From an uncultured virus (IMG/VR IMGVR_UViG_3300025759_000060) (lineage: Duplodnaviria > Heunggongvirae > Uroviricota > Caudoviricetes): 20,000 nucleotides of DNA. Position numbers and translations under genes: made by a program. This document shows positions 7,754 to 16,496 of this stretch, in pieces; the stretch's first letter is position 1, and every line of letters begins with the position of its first letter. The notes below the pieces were generated by a model. It was not told the DNA's origin and did not search any database. It saw only the letters and a program-made list of their open reading frames with translations. The stretch is from IMG/VR virus record IMGVR_UViG_3300025759_000060. One strand, 5' to 3'.

Positions 7754-8173
7754 TTAAATTATAATATTCTTTTCAATATTTTTACGAACCTCTTTAAAAT
7801 CAAACATTTTACCTATACCAACAAAAAATCTATACCTACTTAAAACCTTTAATAACTCAACACCTTCTGTTTTATTTAGTTTAGATTTTATTTCTTTAGT
7901 AATGTCAAAATTGGCATGACCAATCCAGCAATCAAAGTTGGAAAGCATAGCCATATCATCCATTAATTCTTTTGATATGGGAAGTATTGGCATGTTGCTC
8001 GTAGCGTTTGCTTGTTTGTACGCTTCCATCTCTTCATATTCGTCTTCTTCATCTTCTTCTTCTGAATAAACTATCATCTGCTGTATAATAGTTTTAAGCA
8101 AAGGGGAAGACATTTGTTTTTCAATTAGGTCTTCATATTTTTGCCAACCAATTTTTTTCTTTGTTTGTTTCAT
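7754..8173 (-). CDS. Hypothetical protein with acidic tract
   Basis: 139-aa ORF abutting neighbours; EEEDEEDEYEE tract; compact C-terminal domain WIGHANFDIT...SRYRFFVGIGKMF. Confidence 0.75.
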   Translation of the reverse strand: MKQTKKKIGWQKYEDLIEKQMSSPLLKTIIQQMIVYSEEEDEEDEYEEMEAYKQANATSNMPILPISKELMDDMAMLSNFDCWIGHANFDITKEIKSKLNKTEGVELLKVLSRYRFFVGIGKMFDFKEVRKNIEKNIII

Positions 8174-8174
8174 A

Positions 8175-8507
8175 TTACATCATATCTGTAGGAGAAATAC
8201 ATGGTTTTTCTTCATCGCCACCGTCTAGTTTTTTACCTTGTTCTACAATAATTTTACCAATTTTTGACAATATATCAATGAATAATTCTTCATGTCCACT
8301 AGATAGCAATCCATCTCTTACTAAATTGATTGTATGAACTATTGAAGAATCTTTAGAGAGAATTTCAATAATTTCCACCATAGCATTGCCACACTCTTGA
8401 TTATATTCTCCCATTGTTGCGTCAATCAAAACGTCTGGGTCATTTCTATATTTTGTGTAACTTACAGATGCTAAAATTTCATCTTCTTCATTTTCGTTTT
8501 CATTCAT
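8175..8507 (-). CDS. Hypothetical acidic protein
   Basis: 110-aa ORF overlapping the GT4 stop. Confidence 0.7.
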   Translation of the reverse strand: MNENENEEDEILASVSYTKYRNDPDVLIDATMGEYNQECGNAMVEIIEILSKDSSIVHTINLVRDGLLSSGHEELFIDILSKIGKIIVEQGKKLDGGDEEKPCISPTDMM

Positions 8508-9570
8508 ATAAAACTTCTTTAACTTTAAGGGCAGAGTTCTGCCATGAAAATTTATTTGCGGTATCTACGCCAGCTTGATTTATACTTAAAGAATTATCTT
8601 TTTTGCACTTATGAATTTTTCTCATATGGGATACAAAGCAGTCTATTTGGTCGTCAGATATCTTTGCCCAATTCCCACACTTTCCTTGAAACCACTTGCC
8701 ATCATAAGCTAATTCTGTGTCTTTTATTTCTACTAGATCTGAGTTTGTATCATTGCAAAACTCAGTGTGCGCTGAATAATTTGTTGTAATAACGCTTTTT
8801 CCACAGGCTAGCATCTCTAACAATTCTAAATTCCAACCTTCTGCTCTAGATGGAAAGATGCCACAATCAGTCTGCGCCATAATATTATACACTTCTTCGT
8901 GAGTATTTACCCTGTCAATAAACTTAATTTTGTCACTTAGTTTGCTATTTAAGTACAGGTTTTTCCACGTATTACCCTCCGTTTCTGAAAAAAATGGATT
9001 ATCTGTCATCATCCATAATTCTACATTATCTTCTTTCTCAAAAGCTTTATTAAATATATTAACTAAGATATCGTGACCTTTTCTGATTTCCCATTTTCCA
9101 CAATTAAAGAATATAGTTTTCTCTGAATTTGATTGTTTAGGTTTGAATATATTAGTATCCACGCCTAAAGGAATTACCTGAACTTCGCTAGAGGGTCTGT
9201 AAACATTCATTAACATTACATTTTTAGCCCAGTGAGAACATACAAAAATTTTATCTAAAGTATTTAAGTGATGTTTTTCTACGTCGTTAAACTTATCTAG
9301 CTCAAAGATTGGAAATCCTATTCGTTTTCCAGATCCTACAAACTGAGCCATATCGTGTTGATGCCATATCTTTAGGCATGGGGCTTTACTTTCAAATAAT
9401 TGAGTATTGGCTATAACTTTTTGTAAAATGTCTGCATCTTCTTGAGATGTAGCGTGAATATTTCCGATGGGCCATAAAGCAATGTCAGTTATCTTGGAAA
9501 GTTCTTTTGTTATATTCCATCCAGCCACTCCATACCCCAAAGGATTAATCGGCGCAATAATATTTATCAT
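8500..9570 (-). CDS. GT-B fold glycosyltransferase, GT4 family
   Basis: GYG N-terminal loop, IPLGVD, RKGHDIL, PSRAEGWNLELLEMLACGKSVITT (E-x7-E), FSW. Confidence 0.9.
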   Translation of the reverse strand: MINIIAPINPLGYGVAGWNITKELSKITDIALWPIGNIHATSQEDADILQKVIANTQLFESKAPCLKIWHQHDMAQFVGSGKRIGFPIFELDKFNDVEKHHLNTLDKIFVCSHWAKNVMLMNVYRPSSEVQVIPLGVDTNIFKPKQSNSEKTIFFNCGKWEIRKGHDILVNIFNKAFEKEDNVELWMMTDNPFFSETEGNTWKNLYLNSKLSDKIKFIDRVNTHEEVYNIMAQTDCGIFPSRAEGWNLELLEMLACGKSVITTNYSAHTEFCNDTNSDLVEIKDTELAYDGKWFQGKCGNWAKISDDQIDCFVSHMRKIHKCKKDNSLSINQAGVDTANKFSWQNSALKVKEVLYE

Positions 9571-10103
9571 GTTGACTCCCTAAAGAAAAACCATCTTTTT
9601 AGTTGCGATGTGTCTTTACATTTTGACACATCGTATAAGTACGCTAGTAATCTATCCATAGAACTAAATATATGTTGGTGCGGCAACATGAAGAATAACC
9701 AGTTGGGTGCTAACATCTTTCCTTGTTCGCACCATACTAGTATCGGTTTCTTTTGCCTGTTGGCTGTAGCAATCTCTTCGTAAGACCCACACATGTGTAC
9801 ATTCATGTCTATGTGAGCAATCAAAAAATCTGACACATCAACACACCTTAGATCAGCATTTCTAATATGACCATATTCTTCTCTAATTTTATCAAACTGT
9901 CCAGTTTGTTTATAATAGTTAATTGTTTCTCTAGTGGTTGGAGTTTCTTTTGCAGATTCAATCGGTTTGTCGCAAGGATTAATTACGCTTACACTCAGTT
10001 CTTGCAACATTGGGGTGATTGCATTTCTCCATCCGACACCTCCATCTGGTACTCTGTCCATAGCGCCAACTAAGTATGTTCTCATATTTTTTAAATTATT
10101 CAT
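9567..10103 (-). CDS. Nucleoside 2-deoxyribosyltransferase / nucleotide N-hydrolase (NDT)-like protein
   Basis: TYLVGAM, INP, DLRCVDVSDFLIA, CGSYEE (catalytic Glu), KPIL; ATG at 10103 in TAATG overlap. Confidence 0.8.
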   Translation of the reverse strand: MNNLKNMRTYLVGAMDRVPDGGVGWRNAITPMLQELSVSVINPCDKPIESAKETPTTRETINYYKQTGQFDKIREEYGHIRNADLRCVDVSDFLIAHIDMNVHMCGSYEEIATANRQKKPILVWCEQGKMLAPNWLFFMLPHQHIFSSMDRLLAYLYDVSKCKDTSQLKRWFFFREST

Positions 10104-10570
10104 TAACAACTCCTACTTAGTGCAACTTTGAGAAAATCTTGAACAGTGCTTGGATCGTGTTCATTAAAAACAGTGCTAACAATAAACTTTCTTTCTCTAA
10201 CCGCCTTGATACCTAAAGATTTTAGAGCATCAAAACAATCTTGTTGTAATGAAGTGTAACCATTCTGATTGCGCTCAACCGCGGGTTTTGTAGGCGTAGC
10301 AGATGGTTTTCTAGCAGCTTGCATATTTGCTTTTTTGCTAGAAGATTTAGGTTTTGTGCTAGGCTTTTTCTTACGCTTTTTAGCTTTAGGAACTGGTGGT
10401 GGTGATACTTGATTGTTCATCTGTTGTTGCATAGAAGAGTCTTCGTACTCTGCTAGCACTATCTTGTCACTAATGTTCCAGTGATTGTTTCGATTAAACA
10501 AATGACAAACAAACATAGCCAAGAAAAAAAATGTTGCTACATCTACTGAAAAATTGCTAACTGTGTCCAT
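10103..10570 (-). CDS. Membrane-anchored protein with basic linker and RuvA-C-terminal/UBA-like domain
   Basis: ATG at 10570 after AAAGGAG RBS; TM VATFFFLAMFVCHLF; Pro/Lys-rich linker; LQQDCFDALKSLGIK...TVQDFLKVAL. Confidence 0.6.
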   Translation of the reverse strand: MDTVSNFSVDVATFFFLAMFVCHLFNRNNHWNISDKIVLAEYEDSSMQQQMNNQVSPPPVPKAKKRKKKPSTKPKSSSKKANMQAARKPSATPTKPAVERNQNGYTSLQQDCFDALKSLGIKAVRERKFIVSTVFNEHDPSTVQDFLKVALSRSC

Positions 10571-10589
10571 AATTTGCTCCTTTGTCCTA

Positions 10590-10617
10590 ATTATATCTTT
10601 AATATCGTCCAAGTCAA
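10590..10617 (-). promoter_or_regulatory. Sigma70-type promoter
   Basis: Minus strand TTGACT-N16-TATAAT just downstream of a terminator and upstream of an AAAGGAG RBS. Confidence 0.75.
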
Positions 10618-10628
10618 GTCAAAACTTT

Positions 10629-10666
10629 AAAAAAATAGCCCGACAGGGAGAACCATATCGGGCTAT
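10629..10666 (-). terminator. Intrinsic terminator downstream of ssb
   Basis: Minus strand ATAGCCCGATA..loop..TGTCGGGCTAT followed by a T run. Confidence 0.85.
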
Positions 10667-10690
10667 CTTGATTAGCATGATTGATTGAGT

Positions 10691-11026
10691 CTAACTTTCT
10701 TGCTTCTCTTGTGTTGAAGCTCCAGAAGGTCCGAGTGAAATTTCATCTGCCATTACGCAGACTGACATCTTATCTTTCCCTTCCTTATCTTTATAATCAT
10801 CAATCTTGATCTTTCCTTGGACTCCCACCAATCTACCTCTCTTAAGATGATCCTTTAGAGCTTCTGCCATCTTACCAAAACACAGAACATTTAGGTACAA
10901 GGTATCATCATTTCTTCTATCATTTACAGCCATGCGAAACTTCGACATGGATGTTCCTTTTTGAGTAACAGAAAAGTCTGCATCTCTTGTCAATCGACCG
11001 CATCCCAACCAAGTATTAATATTCAT
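10691..11026 (-). CDS. ssb: Single-stranded DNA-binding protein (short OB-fold)
   Basis: GRLTRDA, FRMAVN, FGKMAE...LKRGRLVGVQGKI, typical of bacterial-type SSB. Confidence 0.9.
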   Translation of the reverse strand: MNINTWLGCGRLTRDADFSVTQKGTSMSKFRMAVNDRRNDDTLYLNVLCFGKMAEALKDHLKRGRLVGVQGKIKIDDYKDKEGKDKMSVCVMADEISLGPSGASTQEKQES

Positions 11027-11344
11027 CTATACCTCCAGTGCTGAACGAATTTTACCACGCAAAACTTGAGTATTACCGCGATTATGAGTACCCAACGTCG
11101 CACTGTAGATCGCTCTAGCAGTATTACGAGGAATACCTAGCAAACTTGCCGCATACTCTGTACCATCCCTAGTGTTATCAAAAACACCAAGGCCAGCCTT
11201 GTGAGCCAAAGCCGTTACAGGATTTAGAGTACGACCACGATGAGTCCCACTCTTAAGAGTTGCAACAACACGCTTGTTGTCAACGTCCCAACGATAAGAG
11301 TGAGCAACACCATTCAATCTATCAATTACACTACTAACATTCAT
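11027..11344 (-). CDS. Hypothetical basic protein
   Basis: 105 aa, GGAG RBS, stop abuts ssb start. Confidence 0.75.
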   Translation of the reverse strand: MNVSSVIDRLNGVAHSYRWDVDNKRVVATLKSGTHRGRTLNPVTALAHKAGLGVFDNTRDGTEYAASLLGIPRNTARAIYSATLGTHNRGNTQVLRGKIRSALEV

Positions 11345-11353
11345 ATCAATCTC

Positions 11354-11548
11354 CTATTTTAAACTAGAATCACTAACAGTTGCTGTACTTGTAGAGTTGA
11401 TACGTTCATTGATCAACGCATGTCCCTGTTCCAAGTAATCAGTAAGCCTTAAAATTTCATTTTCAATAGTTTGCTTTTGATTATTTAGCTCATCTATTGC
11501 TGTTTTTATTGTTGTTAAGTGCGCTTTCGCCATTTCTTCTACTGACAT
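11354..11548 (-). CDS. Small coiled-coil protein
   Basis: ATG at 11548 after GGAGG; heptads IKTAIDELNNQKQTIENEILRLTDYL. Confidence 0.7.
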   Translation of the reverse strand: MSVEEMAKAHLTTIKTAIDELNNQKQTIENEILRLTDYLEQGHALINERINSTSTATVSDSSLK

Positions 11549-11589
11549 ATTTGCCTCCAATTTATTTTACTCAAATTATACAAAAAAAA

Positions 11590-11805
11590 CTACATGTTGT
11601 AAGTAATGTAATTCAAAACATCTTGATGAGACCAACTAGCCTTATACTCTCCCAGTGTTGACAATTCACTTACTTCTACATACTCTTTTTCTAATCTGTA
11701 TATTAACTCTACTAATATTAATTCATTATGAGTTAGTATACATTCTTCAACAAGGTCTCTAATATCGTCTCTGGAAGATTCTATTTTGTTTTTTTTCTTA
11801 GCCAT
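11590..11805 (-). CDS. Hypothetical protein
   Basis: 71-aa ORF overlapping the dCMP deaminase stop. Confidence 0.65.
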   Translation of the reverse strand: MAKKKNKIESSRDDIRDLVEECILTHNELILVELIYRLEKEYVEVSELSTLGEYKASWSHQDVLNYITYNM

Positions 11806-12232
11806 TTAGTAACTCTAATATGATACCAGACTCAGTAAATAATTTCTGTGAAATTTCAAAGTTTTTTTTCCACCTGTCATCGTTGTGTATTACCGAAACC
11901 ACCCGCTTAATGCCAGATTGTATTATTAATCCTGCACACCTAGAACAAGGCTGAAAAGGCCAAGTATACAATGTGCATCCTTCAACAGACCTATTGGCAA
12001 ACATTAAAGCGTTAGCCTCTGCATGTACTATTATAGCATATTTTTCGTCTCTGTCAACCAATCTTTTTTGAGAATCTTTGACACCTTTGGGAAAACCGTT
12101 AAAACCAATAGATACAATTCTTTTGTCGTCATCTACTATAACAGCGCCTACTTGAGTTGACGGGTCTTTCGACCACGATCCGACTAGTTTGGCTAGTTCA
12201 ATGAATCGCTCATCCCATTTTGTTAAACTCAT
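11798..12232 (-). CDS. dCMP deaminase (ComEB/deoxycytidylate deaminase family)
   Basis: SKDPSTQVGAVIV, GFNG, HAEANA and PCSRC zinc motifs. Confidence 0.93.
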   Translation of the reverse strand: MSLTKWDERFIELAKLVGSWSKDPSTQVGAVIVDDDKRIVSIGFNGFPKGVKDSQKRLVDRDEKYAIIVHAEANALMFANRSVEGCTLYTWPFQPCSRCAGLIIQSGIKRVVSVIHNDDRWKKNFEISQKLFTESGIILELLNG

Positions 12233-12365
12233 ACCACAATAATCCTAAGTTTGCTAAAGCGTATGCGAACCACATTAAAGCGTGTGGGTAGTCTCTGCCG
12301 ATAATGCAACAAGTACATGTCCACACATAACAAAGTGTCGAAATTATAATTGCTGGTAATGCCAT
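12210..12365 (-). CDS. Unannotated 51-aa two-TM phage membrane protein (MALPAIIISTLCYVWTCTCCIIGRDYPHALMWFAYALANLGLLWYEFNKMG)
   Basis: Translated by hand; ATG abuts the upstream stop at 12366, fills the gap; YALANLGL resembles a small phage membrane protein motif. Confidence 0.75.
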   Translation of the reverse strand: MALPAIIISTLCYVWTCTCCIIGRDYPHALMWFAYALANLGLLWYEFNKMG

Positions 12366-12782
12366 TTAATTATCCATGCGTTGTTTAATATATGATGAAC
12401 TAATATACTCAGTATAAGGAATATACAAAAGCACAATACCGTTTTGTTCTAACCAATCTTCAGTAAAGCCCATCTGTTTATAGTAGTTTTTACCAACCCA
12501 ATCAGTTCCAACAGCTATGATATCTGGATTTTCGTTCAGTATAGCGGGTTTGCTGTCTGAACCGCCAATATTTTCTACAACTTTATCTACGTATTTACAA
12601 TTATATAAAGCTGTTTCTCGTTCTCCGTATGTCATTCTAGGATATTCTAGTTTATAGTCAAATACAAATTCGTTAGTATTGAGACTGACTATAACTTCAT
12701 CGGATATTGCGTTGCATTTCTTGAGAAAATTTTCATGGCCCCAATGAAATAAATCAAACGTCCCTCCAGTATATAGTTTCAT
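12366..12782 (-). CDS. Cytidylyltransferase-family nucleotidyltransferase (TagD/RfaE-like)
   Basis: GTFDLFHWGH (HxGH), ER...CKYVDKV, PDIIAVGTDW, PYTEYISSS. Confidence 0.88.
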   Translation of the reverse strand: MKLYTGGTFDLFHWGHENFLKKCNAISDEVIVSLNTNEFVFDYKLEYPRMTYGERETALYNCKYVDKVVENIGGSDSKPAILNENPDIIAVGTDWVGKNYYKQMGFTEDWLEQNGIVLLYIPYTEYISSSYIKQRMDN

Positions 12783-13702
12783 ATAGCAAAAATCCTCATC
12801 ATAACGGATAAAGTCTTATCTGTGTGTTTTTCTCTTAGGGTGTGATGAAATATGGGGTCTTTATCAATAAAGTATTGTATAGTATAATCTTCAAAATCTA
12901 CCATATCATAATTTATATCATGGCAATCGCAGTCAATACCACTATTCGTGCATATGATTCTCTTTTGATTATCTTGTTTTATGCTGGGGTCTTTTAATTT
13001 GCTGATTATCTTTGGGTCAGATCGAAGATAACAATCAAACAAAAACTCATCATTGCAAACAATGTTCTTGCTGTATTTTACATTAGGGAAATTTTTATAA
13101 TATGATAGTATATCTTCTCTTTTGTTGAAATTTAAATTATTCTCATCTAGGAAATTAATGAAGCCCGTACAGAACTCTCTATTAAACAATGAGAATCCTG
13201 TATTGCTAATTAAGTGCTGATGCGTAGCATTAGGAAATCTGCTATTTGCGAAATCCATTTTAGATATAATATAATTGTATGAACTTTGTCTTTTGTCTTT
13301 ATTTTTCGCATGTGCTAATCTTCTCTGCCATAAATCTTCCCGTGTCCCTAGATAGCAACACTTAATATAATTCTCACGTAAATTAAAGCAATCCCTTATG
13401 TCAGTATCTCTGTTGAGTATAAGCGTGTCGAGATCTATAAATATTCCATAATCATTATCAGAATTTAAGAAATCGTACATCCTGTACATCTTTCTCATGG
13501 CGGGATTTTGTTTCCAAGTATTTTTTCCGCTTTCTATCGTGGCAGATAAAGCCATCTGTACTCTTGGGTCGTTAAACCTTATAACTTCTAAAGGTATATC
13601 GTATTTTGAAAAATAATTCTTTATATTACTTTCTGAAAGTGACTGCCAGCAATCGCTGGTTAAATTTTCAAAAGTATTACAAAGATATGCAGATATTTTC
13701 AT
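12779..13702 (-). CDS. GT-A fold glycosyltransferase-like protein (GT34/GT8-like)
   Basis: K...FLNSDNDYGIFIDLD (DxD), NTGFSLF, NDE motifs. Confidence 0.65.
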   Translation of the reverse strand: MKISAYLCNTFENLTSDCWQSLSESNIKNYFSKYDIPLEVIRFNDPRVQMALSATIESGKNTWKQNPAMRKMYRMYDFLNSDNDYGIFIDLDTLILNRDTDIRDCFNLRENYIKCCYLGTREDLWQRRLAHAKNKDKRQSSYNYIISKMDFANSRFPNATHQHLISNTGFSLFNREFCTGFINFLDENNLNFNKREDILSYYKNFPNVKYSKNIVCNDEFLFDCYLRSDPKIISKLKDPSIKQDNQKRIICTNSGIDCDCHDINYDMVDFEDYTIQYFIDKDPIFHHTLREKHTDKTLSVMMRIFAI

Positions 13703-13703
13703 A

Positions 13704-14345
13704 TTAGTAAGTATATTTAAATTCAGTAATTAAGTCAAGACATCTTTGTTGCACTAGGTTTTTTGTTTCTTCATTATAGTATGCTGTATAGTGTTCGTGG
13801 TCAGTGTTATTTATAACTATCGGTTCAGCCTCCTGAATTTTAATTCCTGACATTCTATTTTCTATACATTTACCAATTTCATCAAGATCATTCTTCATGT
13901 TTTCCATTTTCCCAATATAATTTATTTGATCATATAAATAGTCCTGTTGTTTATGAAAAGCAGTTTTGATCCAAGTTTCAAAATCATTGTCGGCGCATGG
14001 TTTAGCCCAATCTAATTTGTCTTGTTTATATCTTAACTTTCCAAACTCATAAGAAGAAACATACCAATCCCAAGGATTTCTTACAAACGTAAAAACAAAA
14101 TAGTCATTTACATCTATATTCAAATCTTCTAGATAGCGTTTTAAATCGCCATAATTAGAATGCTGTGGCATGTCCGTTGAGTTTCCCCACTTCGCAAGGT
14201 CTTTAAATAAAGTAAACTCTTCTGCTGGAATATGATTAATGTTTGGTACATATCCACACATCTTCATCATTTCGTGAGCGATGGAACTGCCACCCGTTTT
14301 TGGTATATGTAAAAAAACAAATTTATATTTGTGAGAAATTATCAC
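13704..14345 (-). CDS. PAPS-dependent sulfotransferase (Sulfotransfer_2 family)
   Basis: FLHIPKTGGSSI (5'-PSB) and FVRNPWDWYVSSY (3'-PB). Confidence 0.9.
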   Translation of the reverse strand: MIISHKYKFVFLHIPKTGGSSIAHEMMKMCGYVPNINHIPAEEFTLFKDLAKWGNSTDMPQHSNYGDLKRYLEDLNIDVNDYFVFTFVRNPWDWYVSSYEFGKLRYKQDKLDWAKPCADNDFETWIKTAFHKQQDYLYDQINYIGKMENMKNDLDEIGKCIENRMSGIKIQEAEPIVINNTDHEHYTAYYNEETKNLVQQRCLDLITEFKYTY

Positions 14346-15178
14346 GACGTTACCTCTTCAATATTAAATTCGGTCTCAATGTGTGGTAAATCTTTTAGGA
14401 AATCTTCCTTGTTTTTAAAATTATCTTCTTGATTTTTCCTTGGTCGAGTTTGTTTAACTATTGGTGAAACCTGAATTGGATAATTTTCATCTATATTTTT
14501 TAAAAAACTAGATGCATCATTTTTTGTTATCTGTGAATATTCTAATAAGTGATAATTTCTATTTTTAGTTTTTAGCAAAGAAAAGTAATCTCTGTATATA
14601 TTTTTGCAAGCATTGACTCTAGCTTCATAATCTTTAAGATTCCATTCTACCGGAGCATCGTGCTTTGGGTCGTATACTTCTCCTCCAACCCATTGTCCCG
14701 ATATCATAGATCGTTCAAAACTAATATGTATATCAATTAATGACTTTCTGTATAAGACTATTATGGTATCGCAACTATCAATTATATCTGGAAAAAATTC
14801 AGCAATTGTATACGGCCTATGATAAGTTGGTACAATCTTACAGAAAAAATATTTATAATTAAGATTAAACAAGGTTTTTACTATACTGTCAAACATGTCC
14901 ATTGCGTATGGCTGATAATCAAACCAAGGTTTTTCTTGCATATGACGTTTTGTACTACCTTGCACGGATTCTGCCAATCTCCACAAGAATTCACGATGAG
15001 ACTTGGGGAGAGGTAAACCGTTGTCTGAAAAGACTCTGTGCATTACTTTAAAATGATAGGGGATATAGTAATTGAATATTTCACCACAAGAATAACTATA
15101 TTTATCTATAGATTTGAAATGATTAATCAAAAAACTAGAACCAGTTCTACCATTAGCTAATATGCAAGTTTTTTTCAT
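14342..15178 (-). CDS. Sulfotransferase, Stf0-like
   Basis: ATG at 15178 in ATGA overlap; ILANGRTGSSFL, GEIFN, LYRKSLIDIHIS, KQT motifs. Confidence 0.75.
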   Translation of the reverse strand: MKKTCILANGRTGSSFLINHFKSIDKYSYSCGEIFNYYIPYHFKVMHRVFSDNGLPLPKSHREFLWRLAESVQGSTKRHMQEKPWFDYQPYAMDMFDSIVKTLFNLNYKYFFCKIVPTYHRPYTIAEFFPDIIDSCDTIIVLYRKSLIDIHISFERSMISGQWVGGEVYDPKHDAPVEWNLKDYEARVNACKNIYRDYFSLLKTKNRNYHLLEYSQITKNDASSFLKNIDENYPIQVSPIVKQTRPRKNQEDNFKNKEDFLKDLPHIETEFNIEEVTS

Positions 15179-16047
15179 TTCTTTGTTGTGTTGCTCCTGT
15201 CTTGGAAGTAACATTTTATTTCTTCTTGTAAATCTTTATACAGGTTAGGCAGTTTGTATAGTCCGTTTTGTTCGTCAATCTCTAAAAGTTTTGGATTAAA
15301 TTTGTAGTTATCTAAAATTATTTCTCTCTCTATGTAACCCCTATCAAGTTTATCTCCATGATAAAAATGCTCTAGATCGCCTTCGCAGTAACCAATACTG
15401 TAAGTATCCTTAATAGGTTGTCTTTCAGAATAGTCTAGAAAATCAAGCACAATATTTGGAGTGCAACAACCAACTAGTTGACTATTTAAAAAATCACCCA
15501 TAGCACCAACTATTTGCATAGCATCATTAGATCCCAATATATGTCTATCATAAAAACCTTCGGGTATATAACTGCGATTTATACCCCACACAAGACCTAA
15601 AGCAAAATGTTCGTCAATAAGTTTAGTACTTCGTTCAAAGTCGTATATATTTTTACCATAACCACGACAATTTAAGACATTGTTAGATCCTTCAGTCTCG
15701 AAAACATTTTCAAATCCCTGCACCATTAAATGTTCATCTAATTTTTTATCCATCTCGTCTAGCCAATCAGCATTATTAAATTTTAAATCTGTATCTAGCC
15801 AAACAATTTTATCATATTCGGGTGGTAAAGTTTCTAGAATGATATTGAAAGTTCTTTCTTTCTGCCACAGTATATTGTTTTGATTAGCTAGAATTTTGTG
15901 ACTATCACTAATGCAAAAATCACCTTCTCTTAATGCAACCTCCGCAGTAATTATGGGGTGATTAAAATTTTCTCTAAACTTTTCGTAAAGTTCTCGTCTT
16001 AATTTATTACCATTGTAGTTAAAGTAAGAACATATACAAGCTATCAT
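15175..16047 (-). CDS. Glycosyltransferase-like protein (DxD)
   Basis: ATG at 16047 in ATGA overlap; YFN, LWQKER..N, VWLDTD, HFYHG. Confidence 0.65.
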   Translation of the reverse strand: MIACICSYFNYNGNKLRRELYEKFRENFNHPIITAEVALREGDFCISDSHKILANQNNILWQKERTFNIILETLPPEYDKIVWLDTDLKFNNADWLDEMDKKLDEHLMVQGFENVFETEGSNNVLNCRGYGKNIYDFERSTKLIDEHFALGLVWGINRSYIPEGFYDRHILGSNDAMQIVGAMGDFLNSQLVGCCTPNIVLDFLDYSERQPIKDTYSIGYCEGDLEHFYHGDKLDRGYIEREIILDNYKFNPKLLEIDEQNGLYKLPNLYKDLQEEIKCYFQDRSNTTKK

Positions 16048-16496
16048 TTTTGCCCCTCTTCCCATTTCTGCCTTATTCTTAACATACTAACGAATGGAAG
16101 TGCTTTCCTGCATCTTTTTATCGCTTCCATTCTCTGAGGGTAACTTTCTATGATATTAGGATTTATAGGTGAAGAAAATATTAGATGTACATAATGTGAT
16201 ATAATTCTAGATAATTCTACGTCATTGTTTAATGGAGATTTATATCTTTTTTCGTTTTCCTTCATAAGTTCTAGCATAAGATCCGTTAATATAGACAGTT
16301 GAATAATATAGTTATTTTTATATTTTGTATAGTGAACTATGTTATGATAGTAAAGCCTTTCCTTGTCAGAAAAACCTTTTTCTTTACAATATGGTTGGTA
16401 AAAATCTTTCACCTCTGGATTTTTCAACAGATATTCTTCTTCATCAAAATTTTTCTTGACTTTATTAGTTCTGTAAAAATCTTCTATAGATATCAT
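16044..16496 (-). CDS. Hypothetical protein with FDxxxYLxxNPxV motif
   Basis: FDEEEYLLKNPEV...H motif recalled from accessory repeats of glycosyltransferases. Confidence 0.6.
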   Translation of the reverse strand: MISIEDFYRTNKVKKNFDEEEYLLKNPEVKDFYQPYCKEKGFSDKERLYYHNIVHYTKYKNNYIIQLSILTDLMLELMKENEKRYKSPLNNDVELSRIISHYVHLIFSSPINPNIIESYPQRMEAIKRCRKALPFVSMLRIRQKWEEGQK

